A stretch of DNA of 64,000 bases from an uncultured Acidobacteriota bacterium (GCA_963789135.1 CAWBJJ010000008.1:15720-79719); one strand, 5' to 3'; numbered from the stretch's first letter, positions 29,720-42,258 are shown. Translations and numbers: made by a program. The notes: generated by a model not told the origin, from the letters alone.

Positions 29720-30760
29720 TCACTCCTCGAGCGGAGCGGCGTCCTCGGAAACCGGCTCTTCGCTGACCGCTTCGGTCTCGCTAGGAGCAAGCAGCTCGTA
29801 GACCTTGGCCTGGAGTTGCATCGCGACCTCGGGATTCTCCCTCAGGAATCGCTTGGCATTCTCCCGACCCTGGCCCAACTGATCCTCGTCGAAGGTGAAC
29901 CAGGCGCCACTCTTCTTGACCACACCGTGATCGACGGCCACATCGAGGAGACTGCCCTCACGGGAGATCCCCTGGCCGAACATGATGTCGAATTCGGCGA
30001 GACGGAAGGGGGGAGCCATCTTGTTCTTGGCCACCTTGACCTTGACCCGGTTCCCGACACTTTCCGTGCCGTCCTTGATGGTTTCCACGCGTCGGATGTC
30101 GAGGCGGACCGTTGAATAGAACTTGAGCGCCCGCCCCCCAGGGGTTACCTCCGGGCTCCCATAGATCACACCTATCTTTTCCCGGAGTTGGTTGATGAAG
30201 ACCGCGGTGGTCCGTGACTTGTTCAGGTTCCCGGCCAGCTTGCGCAGCGCCTGGGACATGAGCCGGGCCTGAAGCCCGACATGGGAGTCGCCCATCTCCC
30301 CCTCGATCTCGGCCCGGGGAACCAGGGCGGCGACCGAGTCGATCACCAGGACATCGAGTGCGCCGGAGCGGATCAGCATGTCGGCGATCTCCAGGGCCTG
30401 TTCCCCGGTGTCGGGCTGGGAGATGAGCAACTCGTCGACGTCGACCCCGATCGCCTTGGCATAGACCGGGTCGAGAGCGTGCTCGGCATCGATGAAGGCA
30501 GCGATGCCCCCGTTGCGTTGCGCCTCGGCGACGATGTGAAGGGCAAGACTGGTCTTGCCCGAGCTCTCCGGGCCGTAGAGCTCGACGATGCGCCCACGAG
30601 GCACCCCGCCGATTCCCAAGGCAAGGTCGAGGGAGAGGGCCCCGGTGGAGATCACGTCCACTTTCTGGTTCGCGGCCTCCCCCATCTTCATGATGGCCCC
30701 CTTGCCGAATTGGCGTTCGATCTGGCTCAACGCCATTTCCAGGGCTTTGTCACGTTCCAC
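29720..30760 (-). CDS. recA: recombinase RecA (no intein)
   Basis: [12 protein letters not shown] Walker A, ...[19 protein letters not shown]..., full-length 346 aa. Confidence 0.95.
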   Translation of the reverse strand: MERDKALEMALSQIERQFGKGAIMKMGEAANQKVDVISTGALSLDLALGIGGVPRGRIVELYGPESSGKTSLALHIVAEAQRNGGIAAFIDAEHALDPVYAKAIGVDVDELLISQPDTGEQALEIADMLIRSGALDVLVIDSVAALVPRAEIEGEMGDSHVGLQARLMSQALRKLAGNLNKSRTTAVFINQLREKIGVIYGSPEVTPGGRALKFYSTVRLDIRRVETIKDGTESVGNRVKVKVAKNKMAPPFRLAEFDIMFGQGISREGSLLDVAVDHGVVKKSGAWFTFDEDQLGQGRENAKRFLRENPEVAMQLQAKVYELLAPSETEAVSEEPVSEDAAPLEE

Positions 30761-30840
30761 TTCGGCTCCTTCTTCCAGTCCTAACGGTCAACGTATCCAC
30801 CGGCTGGGACAGGAACTGTCCTGAGTCGTTTGATAATAGA

Positions 30841-30856
30841 CCGAACATGTGTTCGT
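30841..30856. promoter_or_regulatory. LexA (SOS) box upstream of recA
   Basis: cCGAAC-ATGT-GTTCGt 80-95 nt upstream of recA start on the minus strand. Confidence 0.6.
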
Positions 30857-30864
30857 GAGTGGTA

Positions 30865-31416
30865 TTACCGGGTCAGGGAGAGAGATTCAAGTGCCTCGTA
30901 TCGCGCCCCGCCTTGACCCAGATGGGACCGAAAGACGACGACGGTGTCGCATCTCCACGCAATGTCGACCTCGCCGACCGCTGCCAGCAACTCGCTGACG
31001 TCGATCTGGGGCCGGATCCGACTCAGGGTGAGGTGGGCCCGGAAAGGGCGCTCCTCCGGCTCGAGACCGGCTTCCTGCGCCGCCTCCTCGGCCAGCTCCG
31101 CCAACGCGGCGAGCTCTTCCTCTCCCCCGCTCAGGCCAGCCCACAGCACAGTTGCCCGGCGCGGGTTGGGGAACGCGCCGAGAGCGGACAGTCGGAGATC
31201 GAGCACCCGACCGAGGTCCATGGAGTCGAGGGCGGCGACGAATCGCTCGTAGGTGACCTCGTCGACGGATCCCAGGAAGCGCAAAGTGAGGTGCCAGTTC
31301 TCCGGCGGGACCGGCCGGCCCGGGATGACGTGGCCTGCGAGTCGGTCCTCCAGCGCCAGCCTGGCTTCGACGCTGAGCGGAACCGCAGCGAAGACCCGGG
31401 CTAGTCCGTCCACCAC
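30865..31416 (-). CDS. thpR: RNA 2',3'-cyclic phosphodiesterase (ThpR/LigT, 2H phosphoesterase)
   Basis: two H-x-T-x motifs (WHLTLRFLG and AHLTLSRI); GTG starts at 31413/31416 overlapping cinA stop; part of a spurious 632-aa ORF. Confidence 0.75.
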   Translation of the reverse strand: MVDGLARVFAAVPLSVEARLALEDRLAGHVIPGRPVPPENWHLTLRFLGSVDEVTYERFVAALDSMDLGRVLDLRLSALGAFPNPRRATVLWAGLSGGEEELAALAELAEEAAQEAGLEPEERPFRAHLTLSRIRPQIDVSELLAAVGEVDIAWRCDTVVVFRSHLGQGGARYEALESLSLTR

Positions 31417-32661
31417 TGGTTGAGTAGAGCGAGCCGGGTCAGATGGAGCGCCGCCGTCGTCCCGTAGGCGCGCACCCGCTCCCGGTCGCCGCTGAACCGG
31501 ATCTCCCGGCCCCGGGCCTGGTATGGGGTGGCGATGCCGATGACCACTGTCCCCGCCGGCTTCTCCAACTCCTCGGGGCCGGCCGAGCCGGTCACCGCCA
31601 CCGCGACATCGACCTCGAGGAGGGAACGAGCGCCCTCCGCCATCGCCACCGCGGTCTCGACGTTGACCACCTCGTCGACATCGGCGACCCCGAGCAGCCG
31701 CTGCTTCAAGTCCGGGTGGTAGGCGACCAGTCCCCCTTTGACCACCGCCGATGAGCCAGGCAGGTCCGTGAGCCGGGCCGCGACCAGTCCCCCGGTCATC
31801 GACTCCGCGGTCCCGATGGTGTAACCGAGGTCGGAGAGGAGCCGCAACAAGACGCGCTCGATGATCTCGTCGTCGGCGCCGAACACGCTGCCGCCGAGAC
31901 GGGAGCGCACCTCGTCCTCTATCGGATCGATGAGTCGCCTCGCCTCGCCGGGGCTCGACGCCTTGGCGGTGATCCTGACTTTGATCTCCGAGGCCGATGC
32001 GAGGAAGGCGATCGACGGGTTGGTGTGCCCGGTGTACAGGTCGTCGAGGAGCTCGGCCACCTCGGACTCGGGCCGGCCCCAGGTCCGGATCACCCGGCTC
32101 GCAATCACCTGGTCGGTTCCGGCTGCGGCCACCAGCCGTGGGTATCACCTCGGCCTCGAGCAGGTGTTCCATCTCGGCGGGAACGCCAGGCACGCAGAAG
32201 ATCCACTTCCCTTCGTGCTCCAGGGCAAGGCCAGGGGCGGTCCCTCTCGGATTGGCGAGGAGCTCGGCGCCGGCAGGGTGAAATGCCTGGCGCAGGTTGC
32301 TCTCCGGCATGTCCCTCCCCCGCCGAGACCACCACTCCTCGAGATGCTTTGCGTACCCCTCGTCGTACTCCATCGTGAGTCCTGTTGCCGCGCACACCGC
32401 TTCCCGGGTCAGGTCGTCCTGTGTGGGCCCGATCCCGCCGGTGATGAAGACCGCATCAGCTCGCGCCATGGCAATCCGGATCGCGGAGGCGATGCGGTCG
32501 ATGTTGTCGCCGACGGTCTGCTGGTAGTGGGCATCGAGCCCGTGCTCGGCGAGGGCCGCGCCCATGGTCGAAGTGTTGGAGTTGACGATCTGGCCGAGCA
32601 GCAACTCGGTGCCCACTGCGATCACCTCGACGATCACGATTCCGGCCGACTTTGGCCGCAT
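31401..32661 (-). pseudogene. cinA: competence/damage-inducible protein CinA (MoCF-binding N domain + CinA_C), single frameshift
   Basis: N domain IVIVEVIAVGTELLLGQIVNSN...GVPAEMEHLLEAEVIP in frame of 32661; continuation ...DQVIASRVIRTWGRPESEVAELL...CinA_C in frame of 32132; shift near 32133-32145; ATG 4 nt after rimO stop. Confidence 0.75.
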
Positions 32662-32665
32662 GTCG

Positions 32666-33979
32666 TCAAGGCGGGCCAACCATTGCTTCCATGTCGGGGC
32701 CGTAGACCCCGACGTATTCGACATCGACCCAGTCCCCCACGGTCCCCCGGTCGAGTCGGACAACTCCGTCGATCTCGGGAGCCTGGCGATGGCTCCGCCC
32801 TACCGGAACCCCGTCCTCCACCTGGTCGACCAGGACCCGGTCGTTGCGACCGACCCACTCGGAGTTGCGGTGCTCGGTCATCTCGTCCTGGATCCGTGAC
32901 AGGTGGCGCAGCCTTTCCATGGCGACGTCCCGCGGAACCTGGTCATCCATCGTCGCTGCCGGCGTGCCCGGCTCCGCCGAGTAGGGGAAGAAGCCGGCCC
33001 AGTCCAGGAGTGCTTCGTCGAGGAAATCTGCGAGCAGGTCGACGTCGTCTTCGGTCTCTCCGGGGAAGCCCACGATGAACGATGAGCGCAGTGCCGACTC
33101 GGGATCGAGCTCCCGGATCCTTGCGATCAGGGCGAGGTGCTTCTCGGTGTTCCCCGGGCGCTTCATCCGGCGCAACAGACCGCCCGAGACGTGCTGCAGG
33201 GAGAGGTCGAAGTAGGGCGCGACCTTCGGATCGGAAGTCATCACCTCGAGAAGCCGCTCCCGGATCTCCCGGGGATGGAGGTAGAGGAGGCGCAGCCGCT
33301 TCAGCCCGTCGACGTCGGAAACGAAAGACAAGAGGTCGGGAAGCCCCCCTGGCGCCTGGATGTCACGGCCGTAAGCGGCGAGGTCCTGGGCGACCAGGAC
33401 CACCTCACTGACCCCTCCCGCGACCAGTCCAACCAACTCCTCACGAATCTCGGTGGGCCGCCGGGAGCGCTGCTTGCCGCGGATCGAGGGGATGGCGCAA
33501 AAGGTGCACGGCTTGTCGCATCCCTCCGCGACCTTGAGATACGCATACGGCAGCCCTGACACCGGGCGCCCGGTGGCGTGGAGGATGTCCATCGCCGGGC
33601 GACGGCGAATCTCGACCGGCCGCCAGTTGGTGAGGCCATCGATGACTCCCACCAGTTCCCCGTAGCGGTCGATCCCCAGGACCGCATCGACCTCCGGCAA
33701 CGCGGACTCGACTTCGGAGCCGAACCTCTGCGCCATGCAGCCGATGACGATGGAGCGGGCTCCGGAGCGCTTGCGCTCCTCCAATTCCAGGATCGCCTCG
33801 ACGGACTCCGCCCGGGCTTCCTCGATGAAGGCGCAGGTGTTGACCATCACGACGTCGGCGTCCTCCGGGGAGTCGGCCAGGGAGTAGCCGGCCTCGAAGA
33901 GCATGGCGGTCACCTTCTCCGAGTCGACCTGGTTCTTGGCGCAGCCGAGCGTTGTGAGCCAAACGGTGGGAGAAGCCAT
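32666..33979 (-). CDS. rimO: 30S ribosomal protein S12 methylthiotransferase RimO
   Basis: MTTase N domain WLTTLGCAKNQVDSE, radical SAM CDKPCTFC, TRAM; 437 aa. Confidence 0.9.
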   Translation of the reverse strand: MASPTVWLTTLGCAKNQVDSEKVTAMLFEAGYSLADSPEDADVVMVNTCAFIEEARAESVEAILELEERKRSGARSIVIGCMAQRFGSEVESALPEVDAVLGIDRYGELVGVIDGLTNWRPVEIRRRPAMDILHATGRPVSGLPYAYLKVAEGCDKPCTFCAIPSIRGKQRSRRPTEIREELVGLVAGGVSEVVLVAQDLAAYGRDIQAPGGLPDLLSFVSDVDGLKRLRLLYLHPREIRERLLEVMTSDPKVAPYFDLSLQHVSGGLLRRMKRPGNTEKHLALIARIRELDPESALRSSFIVGFPGETEDDVDLLADFLDEALLDWAGFFPYSAEPGTPAATMDDQVPRDVAMERLRHLSRIQDEMTEHRNSEWVGRNDRVLVDQVEDGVPVGRSHRQAPEIDGVVRLDRGTVGDWVDVEYVGVYGPDMEAMVGPP

Positions 33980-34111
33980 GTCTTCAGCCTATGACCGGTG
34001 CGGCAGCCCCGGCCGACCGGCGTCTGTTCGACCCGAGGTGTAGTCCTCCGACGAGCTCGGTCGGCAGAAGACTGAGGGCTGCTGAGGGTCGAAGTCGGCC
34101 GGCAATCAAAA

Positions 34112-34366
34112 CTAAGCGCGGTTGGCCTCGACCACAGCCAGCAGAGGCCCTGGAGCGACGGCGTCGGCAAGGGTGTTCCAGGTCGCGGTGGTCACGGTCC
34201 CATCCTCCTCGATCTGAGAGCAGGCGAGATAGATGGCGTCGGCGAGTGGGCCGATGCTGTGGTCGACGTCGTAGGCCGCAGCCACCGCCGAGCGGGCCCC
34301 GTCCACGTCGTCACGCGCCACGGCCCTGATCGCCTCTTCGGCGAAAGCCTCGGCCTTGGAGTCCAT
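34112..34366 (-). CDS. small hypothetical protein (84 aa)
   Basis: MDSKAEAFAEEAIRAVARDD...; TGATG start/stop overlap with upstream GAPDH-like gene; the longer 261-aa ORF N-terminus is Arg-rich nonsense. Confidence 0.45.
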   Translation of the reverse strand: MDSKAEAFAEEAIRAVARDDVDGARSAVAAAYDVDHSIGPLADAIYLACSQIEEDGTVTTATWNTLADAVAPGPLLAVVEANRA

Positions 34367-35421
34367 CAGATCTCGCGGAACAAATAGCGCCGCAGGATGT
34401 CGAGACGGTCTTCCATCTGGTCCGAGTCCAGGTACCAGAGCATGGCGGCCACCGTCGACAGCAGTGGGTTCCCGTCCTGGGGGGTGAAGGAGAACCCGAC
34501 CACTTCGTTGCCGTTGCGGACGGCAAGCGTGTCGAGGGCGACCACGGTCTGGCTCATGATTCGCCCGTAGTAGCCGTGATCCCTCCCGAACGAGAACACC
34601 TGGTTGGCCGACTTCTTGTGGGTGACCGCGACCCGGGTGTTGGCCATCAGCCGTTCCTTCGCCTCGTCGACCGTGATCTCCTCGTCGAGCGTCAGGGAGA
34701 AGTGGATGGAGTGCATGTACTGGCTGTTCAATTTGAGCGCTGAGGAGTACAGGTTGAGGTCGTAGTCGAGTGTGCCGAACAACTCGTGGGCGTCCCGGGC
34801 GTGATGGGTGCCGAACCTGGGGTCCTTGTGAGCCTCGACGGTGGGGCTGGCGACGAAGCCGCTGTCCTGGGAGATGTCGTTTGCCCTGCGGATGCACAGG
34901 AAGCGCCCGTCGGTCAGGTGATTGGTCCCATCCCCGTCCATCGCCAGGCTGCGCACCAGCACCGCGATGTTGTGTGTGTTGCAGGACACGATCTGCAGGA
35001 ACTTGTCCTCCCCCTTGACCAGGGCCGCGTCATTGATCCCCCGGGCGTACATCTTTCCGAAGCCGAACTCCGAGCCCTGGGCCATGAACCCGATCGGGCC
35101 GTCGGCGCTGTTGTAGAACTCGTCCTTCATCTCGTTGCCTACCGGGGTGCAGTCGATGACCACGGTGGCCCGCTCGATGGCCTCCCGGGTCTCATACTTG
35201 GGGGCGTGCCCCAACTCCTCGAACGCCGCCCGGGCGTCGTCGTCAACTGAAAGGACCGCGCCCCGACTGACCAGGTCGTTGACCTTGGCCCGCTCGGTGA
35301 GGAGCGGGGTCCGCTTGTGGAAGGTGACTTCGTCGATACCGAAATGGTCGCGATTGTCGGCGAGGAGGCCGATCAAGGGCTCGCCGATGGTTCCGGTGCC
35401 CACCACGTGGACGATCTTCAT
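34366..35421 (-). CDS. type II (archaeal-type) glyceraldehyde-3-phosphate dehydrogenase family protein
   Basis: MKIVHVVGTGTIGEPL Rossmann N-terminus; VVIDCTPVG; catalytic IVSCNTHN (SCNT motif of type II GAPDH); HH dyad. Confidence 0.65.
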   Translation of the reverse strand: MKIVHVVGTGTIGEPLIGLLADNRDHFGIDEVTFHKRTPLLTERAKVNDLVSRGAVLSVDDDARAAFEELGHAPKYETREAIERATVVIDCTPVGNEMKDEFYNSADGPIGFMAQGSEFGFGKMYARGINDAALVKGEDKFLQIVSCNTHNIAVLVRSLAMDGDGTNHLTDGRFLCIRRANDISQDSGFVASPTVEAHKDPRFGTHHARDAHELFGTLDYDLNLYSSALKLNSQYMHSIHFSLTLDEEITVDEAKERLMANTRVAVTHKKSANQVFSFGRDHGYYGRIMSQTVVALDTLAVRNGNEVVGFSFTPQDGNPLLSTVAAMLWYLDSDQMEDRLDILRRYLFREI

Positions 35422-35492
35422 GGTTCCTCCGCGGAACTAGGGCTGTTTCCGGAAGTCCAGATTACCCGGCCCGGGATGCTGCCAACAGGCCA

Positions 35493-36349
35493 CTATCCGA
35501 GCAGGACGGTGGCCACCGGGATCGCTCGCTCACACGTCGAATTGTCGAAGACCTCTGCACCCTCGTTCTCCTCGAAACCGAGAACCGTGACGTACACGAC
35601 CCGGTCATCCGATCGGGCGAAGACCCCGCCCGATGCGGTGAAGCCAACGTCGACGCAGAAGGCCTCCTCACCGAGGCCGGGGACGTCCTCGCCCCGGAAG
35701 GCGTCGGTCTCCACGGTGAGGGTCCCGGAGTCGGTAGTGGTCTGGGACACGATCTCTCCGTCGGCGACCGCGGCCCACGAGGCGAACACGTCGGCCGCAT
35801 CGCTGCCGTCGTACACCGAGATCCAGATCTGAACGGTCGAGTTGTCGCCGCTGATGAAGCATGAGGGGGAGTCGCTGAGGAGACGGGTGTCCTGGATCAC
35901 CCCGAGTAACTCGCCGATCAAGCTGTCCCCTGAGGCAGCCTCCACCTCCTCGCCGACTGCGGCCGAAGCTTCCTCGTTGGTCATGAACGGGCACGACTCC
36001 GAGGAGAAGGACTCTTCGACCTCGTCGCCGATGCTGCGGAAGACGAAGAAGATCCCGATCACGGCGATCACCCCCAATGCGACGATGATCGCTCCGCCGA
36101 TGATGGCCGCCTTGGCGCAGCCGCTCATCCCGGTGCTGATCGGCTCACCGAGTACCGGTGGCGTGGCAGCCGGTTGAACCGGCGGCGGGACGGCAGGGGG
36201 CGGTGGTGGCTGCTCTGGTGGCGGGGGCGGCGGGTCGGGGGCGGCGGTGGTTGGCCCGGGTCGGGGGGCGTCTCCGGCTGGCCCGGCACTTGTGGCGGCG
36301 GGCCGGGCTCCGGTGTTTCCTCGGGTGGGTTCGGGCCTTCGGTGGTCAT
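35493..36349 (-). CDS. proline-rich N-terminal, single-pass membrane protein with extracytoplasmic domain (start/frame uncertain)
   Basis: TM AKAAIIGGAIIVALGVIAVIGIFFVF and C-terminal domain in frame of 36368; ATG-initiated Pro/Glu-rich MTTEGPNPPEETPEPGPPPQVPGQPETPPDPGQPPPPP in frame of 36349; possible -1 shift in CCGCCGCCCCCG tract, or internal start at MSGCAKAA. Confidence 0.45.
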
Positions 36350-36409
36350 CTCGGGCGAACCTACACAAAGGCCCGAGGCCCAGTGCCGGATCGCCCCGAG
36401 GGTTCGCTC

Positions 36410-37687
36410 TTAGAACTGCTCCTCTTCGGTGGAGCCGACGAGGGCGAGTGTGGCGGCCGCGCCTCCGGACACCGCCTGGCTGACGAGGTCGAAGTAGCCG
36501 GCGCCGACCTCGCGCTGGTGGCGGGTCGCGGTGTAGCCCTCCTCCTCCATGGCGAACTCACGGTCCTGGAGCTCGACATAGGCGGTCATCCCGTTCTCCC
36601 CGTAGCCCCGCGCCAGCTCGAACATCGAAGCGTTGAGGGCGTGGAACCCGGCCAGAGTTATGAACTGATAGCGATAGCCCATCGTCCCCAGCTCCTTTTG
36701 GAAGGTGGCGATGGTCCCCGGGTCGAGGTGCTTCGACCAGTTGAACGACGGTGAGCAGTTGTAGGCCAGCATCTTCCCCGGATGCTCGGCGTGGATCGCC
36801 TCGGCGAACTCCCTGGCCTCGTCGAGGTCGGGTCGGGAGGTCTCGCACCAGAGCAAGTCGCAGTATGGGGCGTAGGCGAGGCCCCGGGCGATTGCCGATT
36901 CCAGCCCACCACTGACCCGGAAGAAGCCCTCGGCGGTCCGCTCTCCGGTGACGAAGCGGCGGTCCCGGTCGTCGACGTCGGAGGTGAGCAGCGTCGCCGA
37001 GTTGGCGTCGGTCCTGGCAACGAGCACCAGGGGGACATCGAGGACGTCCGCCGCGAGCCGGGCCGCCTGAAGGGTGCGGATGTGCTGCCCGGTGGGCACC
37101 AGGACCTTTCCCCCCATATGGCCGCACTTCTTCTCCGAGGCCAGCTGGTCTTCGAAGTGGACTCCTGCGGCCCCGGCCTCGATGAAGCTCTTGGTCAGCT
37201 CGAAGACGTTGAGCGGGCCGCCGAACCCGGCCTCTCCGTCGGCCACGATGGGCACGAACCAATCGATGTCCCTACCTCCCTCCGACCAGTCGATCTGGTC
37301 GGCGCGGCGCAAGGCGTTGTTGAGCCTCTTCACCAGTGCCGGCGCCGAGTTCGCCGGATACAGCGACTGGTCGGGATAGACCTCCCCGGCGAGGTTCCCG
37401 TCACCGGCCACCTGCCATCCGGACAGGTAGATCGCCTCCAGCCCTGCCTTGACCATCTGCGTCGCCTGTCCGCCACTGATCGCCCCCAGGGCGTTGACGT
37501 AGTCGCGGGTCGTCAACAGCTCCCAGAGCTTGCCCGACATCCGGTTGGACAGCGTGTGCTGCTCCCGAATGCTGCCTCGCAGCCGAACCACCTCCTCGGC
37601 GGTGTAGTCGCGGGAGACTCCCTCCCACCGCGGGTTGTCGTTCCATGACGCCGCGAGTCGGCCTGCCTCGTTGTTGCTCTGTGTCAT
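36410..37687 (-). CDS. aceA: isocitrate lyase
   Basis: catalytic KKCGHMGGK motif; 425 aa. Confidence 0.9.
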   Translation of the reverse strand: MTQSNNEAGRLAASWNDNPRWEGVSRDYTAEEVVRLRGSIREQHTLSNRMSGKLWELLTTRDYVNALGAISGGQATQMVKAGLEAIYLSGWQVAGDGNLAGEVYPDQSLYPANSAPALVKRLNNALRRADQIDWSEGGRDIDWFVPIVADGEAGFGGPLNVFELTKSFIEAGAAGVHFEDQLASEKKCGHMGGKVLVPTGQHIRTLQAARLAADVLDVPLVLVARTDANSATLLTSDVDDRDRRFVTGERTAEGFFRVSGGLESAIARGLAYAPYCDLLWCETSRPDLDEAREFAEAIHAEHPGKMLAYNCSPSFNWSKHLDPGTIATFQKELGTMGYRYQFITLAGFHALNASMFELARGYGENGMTAYVELQDREFAMEEEGYTATRHQREVGAGYFDLVSQAVSGGAAATLALVGSTEEEQF

Positions 37688-37697
37688 CCGTTGCTCC

Positions 37698-39251
<1,554 letters not shown>

Positions 39252-39302
39252 AAGAACGCAGTCTCTTCTGTCGGTGGTAGCCTGGATGGCTATGTTAGGG
39301 CA

Positions 39303-39318
39303 AAGAACTGCAGAACTT
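39303..39318. promoter_or_regulatory. candidate RamB-type operator in aceB-ramB divergent promoter region
   Basis: AAGAACTGCAGAACTT (direct AGAACT repeat) plus AAGAACGCAG at 39261-39270; resembles corynebacterial RamB site A(A/G)AACTTTGCAAA only loosely. Confidence 0.3.
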
Positions 39319-39335
39319 ATGCTTGGCGGCAAGTT

Positions 39336-40784
39336 GTGAGCCAGGCCACTGCGCTCGATCCCCTGATCCTGGGTCGAAGGCTGCGTCACCACCGCCGAGC
39401 CCGAGGTCTCACACTCGATCAACTGGGCGAGATCGTCGGCAAGCCGGCGCCGTATCTCTCATTGCTCGAGAACGGGAAGAAGGAGCCCCGTATCAACCTG
39501 ATCGTCGAGCTCGCCACCGCCCTCGAGGTCGACGTAAGCGAGCTCCTCGAGCCCACTCCCCCCAACAAGCGCGACGCCCTCGAGATCGCCCTCCTCCGCT
39601 CCCAGGAGTCGGCCTTGTTCGACACGCTCGACCTCCCCGCCTTGAAGCCGAGCTCACGGATGGACACCGAGACCCTCACCCACCTGGTTGGCCTGCACGA
39701 GGCGCTCCGCCACCGTTCGGGGCTCAGCGGCGCCGGATCCGAGGACGTGCGTCGGGCCAATGGCCAGGTCCAGGCCTGGCTGACCGCCGGCGACGGGTAT
39801 CTGGAGTTGGTGGAATCGGTGGCCAGGGACGCCCTGAAGTCGAGCGGCTACACCGGGGAAGGCCCCTTCTCCTCGCGCAACCTGCTCGATCTCGCCGCCA
39901 GCGCCGGGTTCGTGATCAACCCAATCGACGACATGCCCCTCTTCGCCCGTTCCGTCATCGACCTCGACCATCGTCGCGTCTACATCGCTCAGCGCGACGA
40001 GCTCCGCACCCGTCAGGCCCGCAAGGCCGTGCTCCAGACCCTGGCCGGGTTCCTCCTCGACCACGAGACCGAGCCCGACCTCGACACCTTCCTCCGGCAG
40101 CGGGTGGAGACCGCCTATTTCGCGGCTGCGGTCCTCGCCCCCGAATCGGCGGTGCTCCCCAAGCTCCTCGAGGCGAAAGACCGTCACGACCTCGACGTCG
40201 AAGACGTGAAGGAGTTGTTCTACCTGTCGTACGAGATGGCGGCCTGGCGTACCGCCAACCTGGCCACCAGGCACCTCGGGATCCAATGCCACCTGCTGGT
40301 GAGCGACCGGATGGGGAGGGTGATCAAGGGGTACGCCAATGACGGTGTTCCCGTCCCCCGTGACGATCACGGCGGTATCGAGACCCAGAAATTGTGTCGC
40401 AGATGGGGTGCGAGGCTCACCTTCGAGTCCCACGAGCGCTTTGGCACCCACCACCAGTACACGGACACCCCGAATGGCACCTTCTTCTGCACGACCCACG
40501 TCGAGGCGGGACGGGAGCCGGCCCCGGCGATAACCCTGGGAGTCGCCTTTGCGGATGCCCGCTGGTTCCGGGGGCGAGAGACCGAGAACCGGGAGACGTC
40601 CACCTGCCCGGATCCCAGTTGCTGTCGGATGCCGTCCGAAGACCTCGTCGAGAAGTGGTCGAACAAGGTGATCGTCTCCGCCCGATCACAGAACCGGATC
40701 CTGGGGCTGCTCGCCCCCGACCCCTACCCCGACCTCGACCTACCCGAGGTCCTCGGGATGGTCGAGGCCCACTCGGGGGACTGA
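39336..40784 (+). CDS. ramB: XRE-family regulator with IrrE-like/DUF2083 domains (RamB / short-chain fatty acyl-CoA regulator ScfR type)
   Basis: [30 protein letters not shown]; divergent from aceB-aceA as in Mycobacterium/Corynebacterium; GTG start at 39336. Confidence 0.75.
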   Translation: MSQATALDPLILGRRLRHHRRARGLTLDQLGEIVGKPAPYLSLLENGKKEPRINLIVELATALEVDVSELLEPTPPNKRDALEIALLRSQESALFDTLDLPALKPSSRMDTETLTHLVGLHEALRHRSGLSGAGSEDVRRANGQVQAWLTAGDGYLELVESVARDALKSSGYTGEGPFSSRNLLDLAASAGFVINPIDDMPLFARSVIDLDHRRVYIAQRDELRTRQARKAVLQTLAGFLLDHETEPDLDTFLRQRVETAYFAAAVLAPESAVLPKLLEAKDRHDLDVEDVKELFYLSYEMAAWRTANLATRHLGIQCHLLVSDRMGRVIKGYANDGVPVPRDDHGGIETQKLCRRWGARLTFESHERFGTHHQYTDTPNGTFFCTTHVEAGREPAPAITLGVAFADARWFRGRETENRETSTCPDPSCCRMPSEDLVEKWSNKVIVSARSQNRILGLLAPDPYPDLDLPEVLGMVEAHSGD

Positions 40785-42258
40785 CTATCGGCTTTGGGTC
40801 ACGAACTCCCTGAGGTGGCCGGCCAGGGCGACCAGCGACGGCTGGTGGACGTACATCATGTGACCGGCCTCGTAGTACTCCATGCGGATGTTGTCCCGTA
40901 CCGAAGGGTCGAGCCCCATGTGATCGAAGGTGTGCTCCGTGGCGAAATGGGGCGTGGCCAGGTCGTAGTACCCGTTGGCCACGAAAACCCGGGTCCGCGG
41001 TGACCGGGCGAGGAGGTCTCGGAGGCTCTCCGATGGTGTTGACGTACCGGTTCTTGAACTCCTCGTAGTCCCAGGACTCGTTGACCTCCATCGACAACGA
41101 CTTGTAGAACGACTCGTTCTCGTAGCCGAGCTCATGGCGGAGCAGGTCGTTGAGGGCTGAGGTGAACTGACCCATCATCTGATCCCCGCTGGGATCGCTC
41201 TCCAGCACGTCGCCGTCGGGAAAGCGGTCGACACCCTTGTATCGGGAGTCGAGCCGGCCCACCGTGCGACGCTCGGCGCGCAGCAACTCCTTGCAGAACC
41301 TCATGATGTGGACTCTGAGGTCGTACACGTCGAGATAACCGCGATCGAGCCCGGTGAGCGCCTGGAGCCGATCGAGCACCCGGTCGCGTTCGGCGGCGTC
41401 GATCCGGTCTCCCTGCATCAACGCCGACGCGTACTCCCCGATGGCGAACTCCTCGGCCTCGTCGAGCACCTCTCGCAACGGCCTCGCTTGGCGCTCATCA
41501 TCGAGGCGGTCGTGGTACCAGGCGGTGGCTGTGTACGTGGGGAGGTGGAGAGGGAACGGGAGGTCGTTGCCGGGGTGGAACACACCGGTCCCCTTCTCGG
41601 TGGCGATGGTCTGGAAGTTGAGAGCGACGGAGATGAGGATGACCCCGTTGAGCTCGACACCCTGCTTCGAGAACAACTGGTTGGCGATCGCCGCCCCCCG
41701 GGTAGTGCCGTAGCTCTCGCCGGCCAAGTACTTGGGAGAGGACCAGCGCCCATTCCGATTCAGGTAGGTGACGATGAACTCGGTGAAGGCGTCTATGTCT
41801 CGGGAGAAGTGGTGGTACTCGCCCTCTTTGTCCTTGGGCGAGGCGGTGCTGAAGCCGGTGCCGACCGCATCGACCAGGACCACGTCGGCCACGTCGAGCA
41901 TCGAGTGCTCGTTGTCGATTAGGCGGCCCGGGGTGCGGACCGCGAAACCTTCGTCGTCGAGCTCCACCCGCTTCGGGCCGAGCAGCCCGAGGTGAAGCCA
42001 GACCGTGGATGAGCCCGGCCCTCCGTTGAAGGCGAACACCACCGGCCGATCGGCGGGGTCGGCGTCGTCTTCGGTGTACGAGACGTAGAAGAAAGCGGCC
42101 CTTCGCTCCTCGCCGGTCCCTACCGAAATGGTGGCCGCGGTGGCTGTGTAGGAGACGTCACGTTTTCCGAACTTCCCCCGGTACTGCTTGGAGACCGCCT
42201 TCTCCTCGACCTCGATCGGGGCTGCCTTCTCATCGGCGGCCTCGGGCTCTTCAGGCAA
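40785..42258 (-). pseudogene. S10 family serine carboxypeptidase-like protein, single frameshift
   Basis: ...VFAFNGGPGSSTVWLHLG...YLAGESYGTTRGAAIA (GESYG nucleophile) in frame of 42258; C-terminus ...RVFVANGYYDLATPHFATEHTFDH...YYEAGHMMYVHQP in frame of 40785..41135; shift near 41035-41045; TTG start 2 nt after CMD stop. Confidence 0.65.

Noticed and set aside
29720-30760. Possible intein in recA (as in M. tuberculosis)
   Set aside because: recA is a contiguous 346-aa protein with no insertion.
30865-32763. 632-aa ORF spanning the whole region
   Set aside because: Not one gene: it is a CinA N-domain, then out-of-frame CinA middle (Arg/Gly nonsense), then ThpR read in the same frame by chance. 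Resolved into cinA (frameshifted) and thpR.
33980-34111. Possible LexA half-site (GTTCGAC) upstream of rimO
   Set aside because: Only one half-site present; no TCGAAC partner at N4 spacing.
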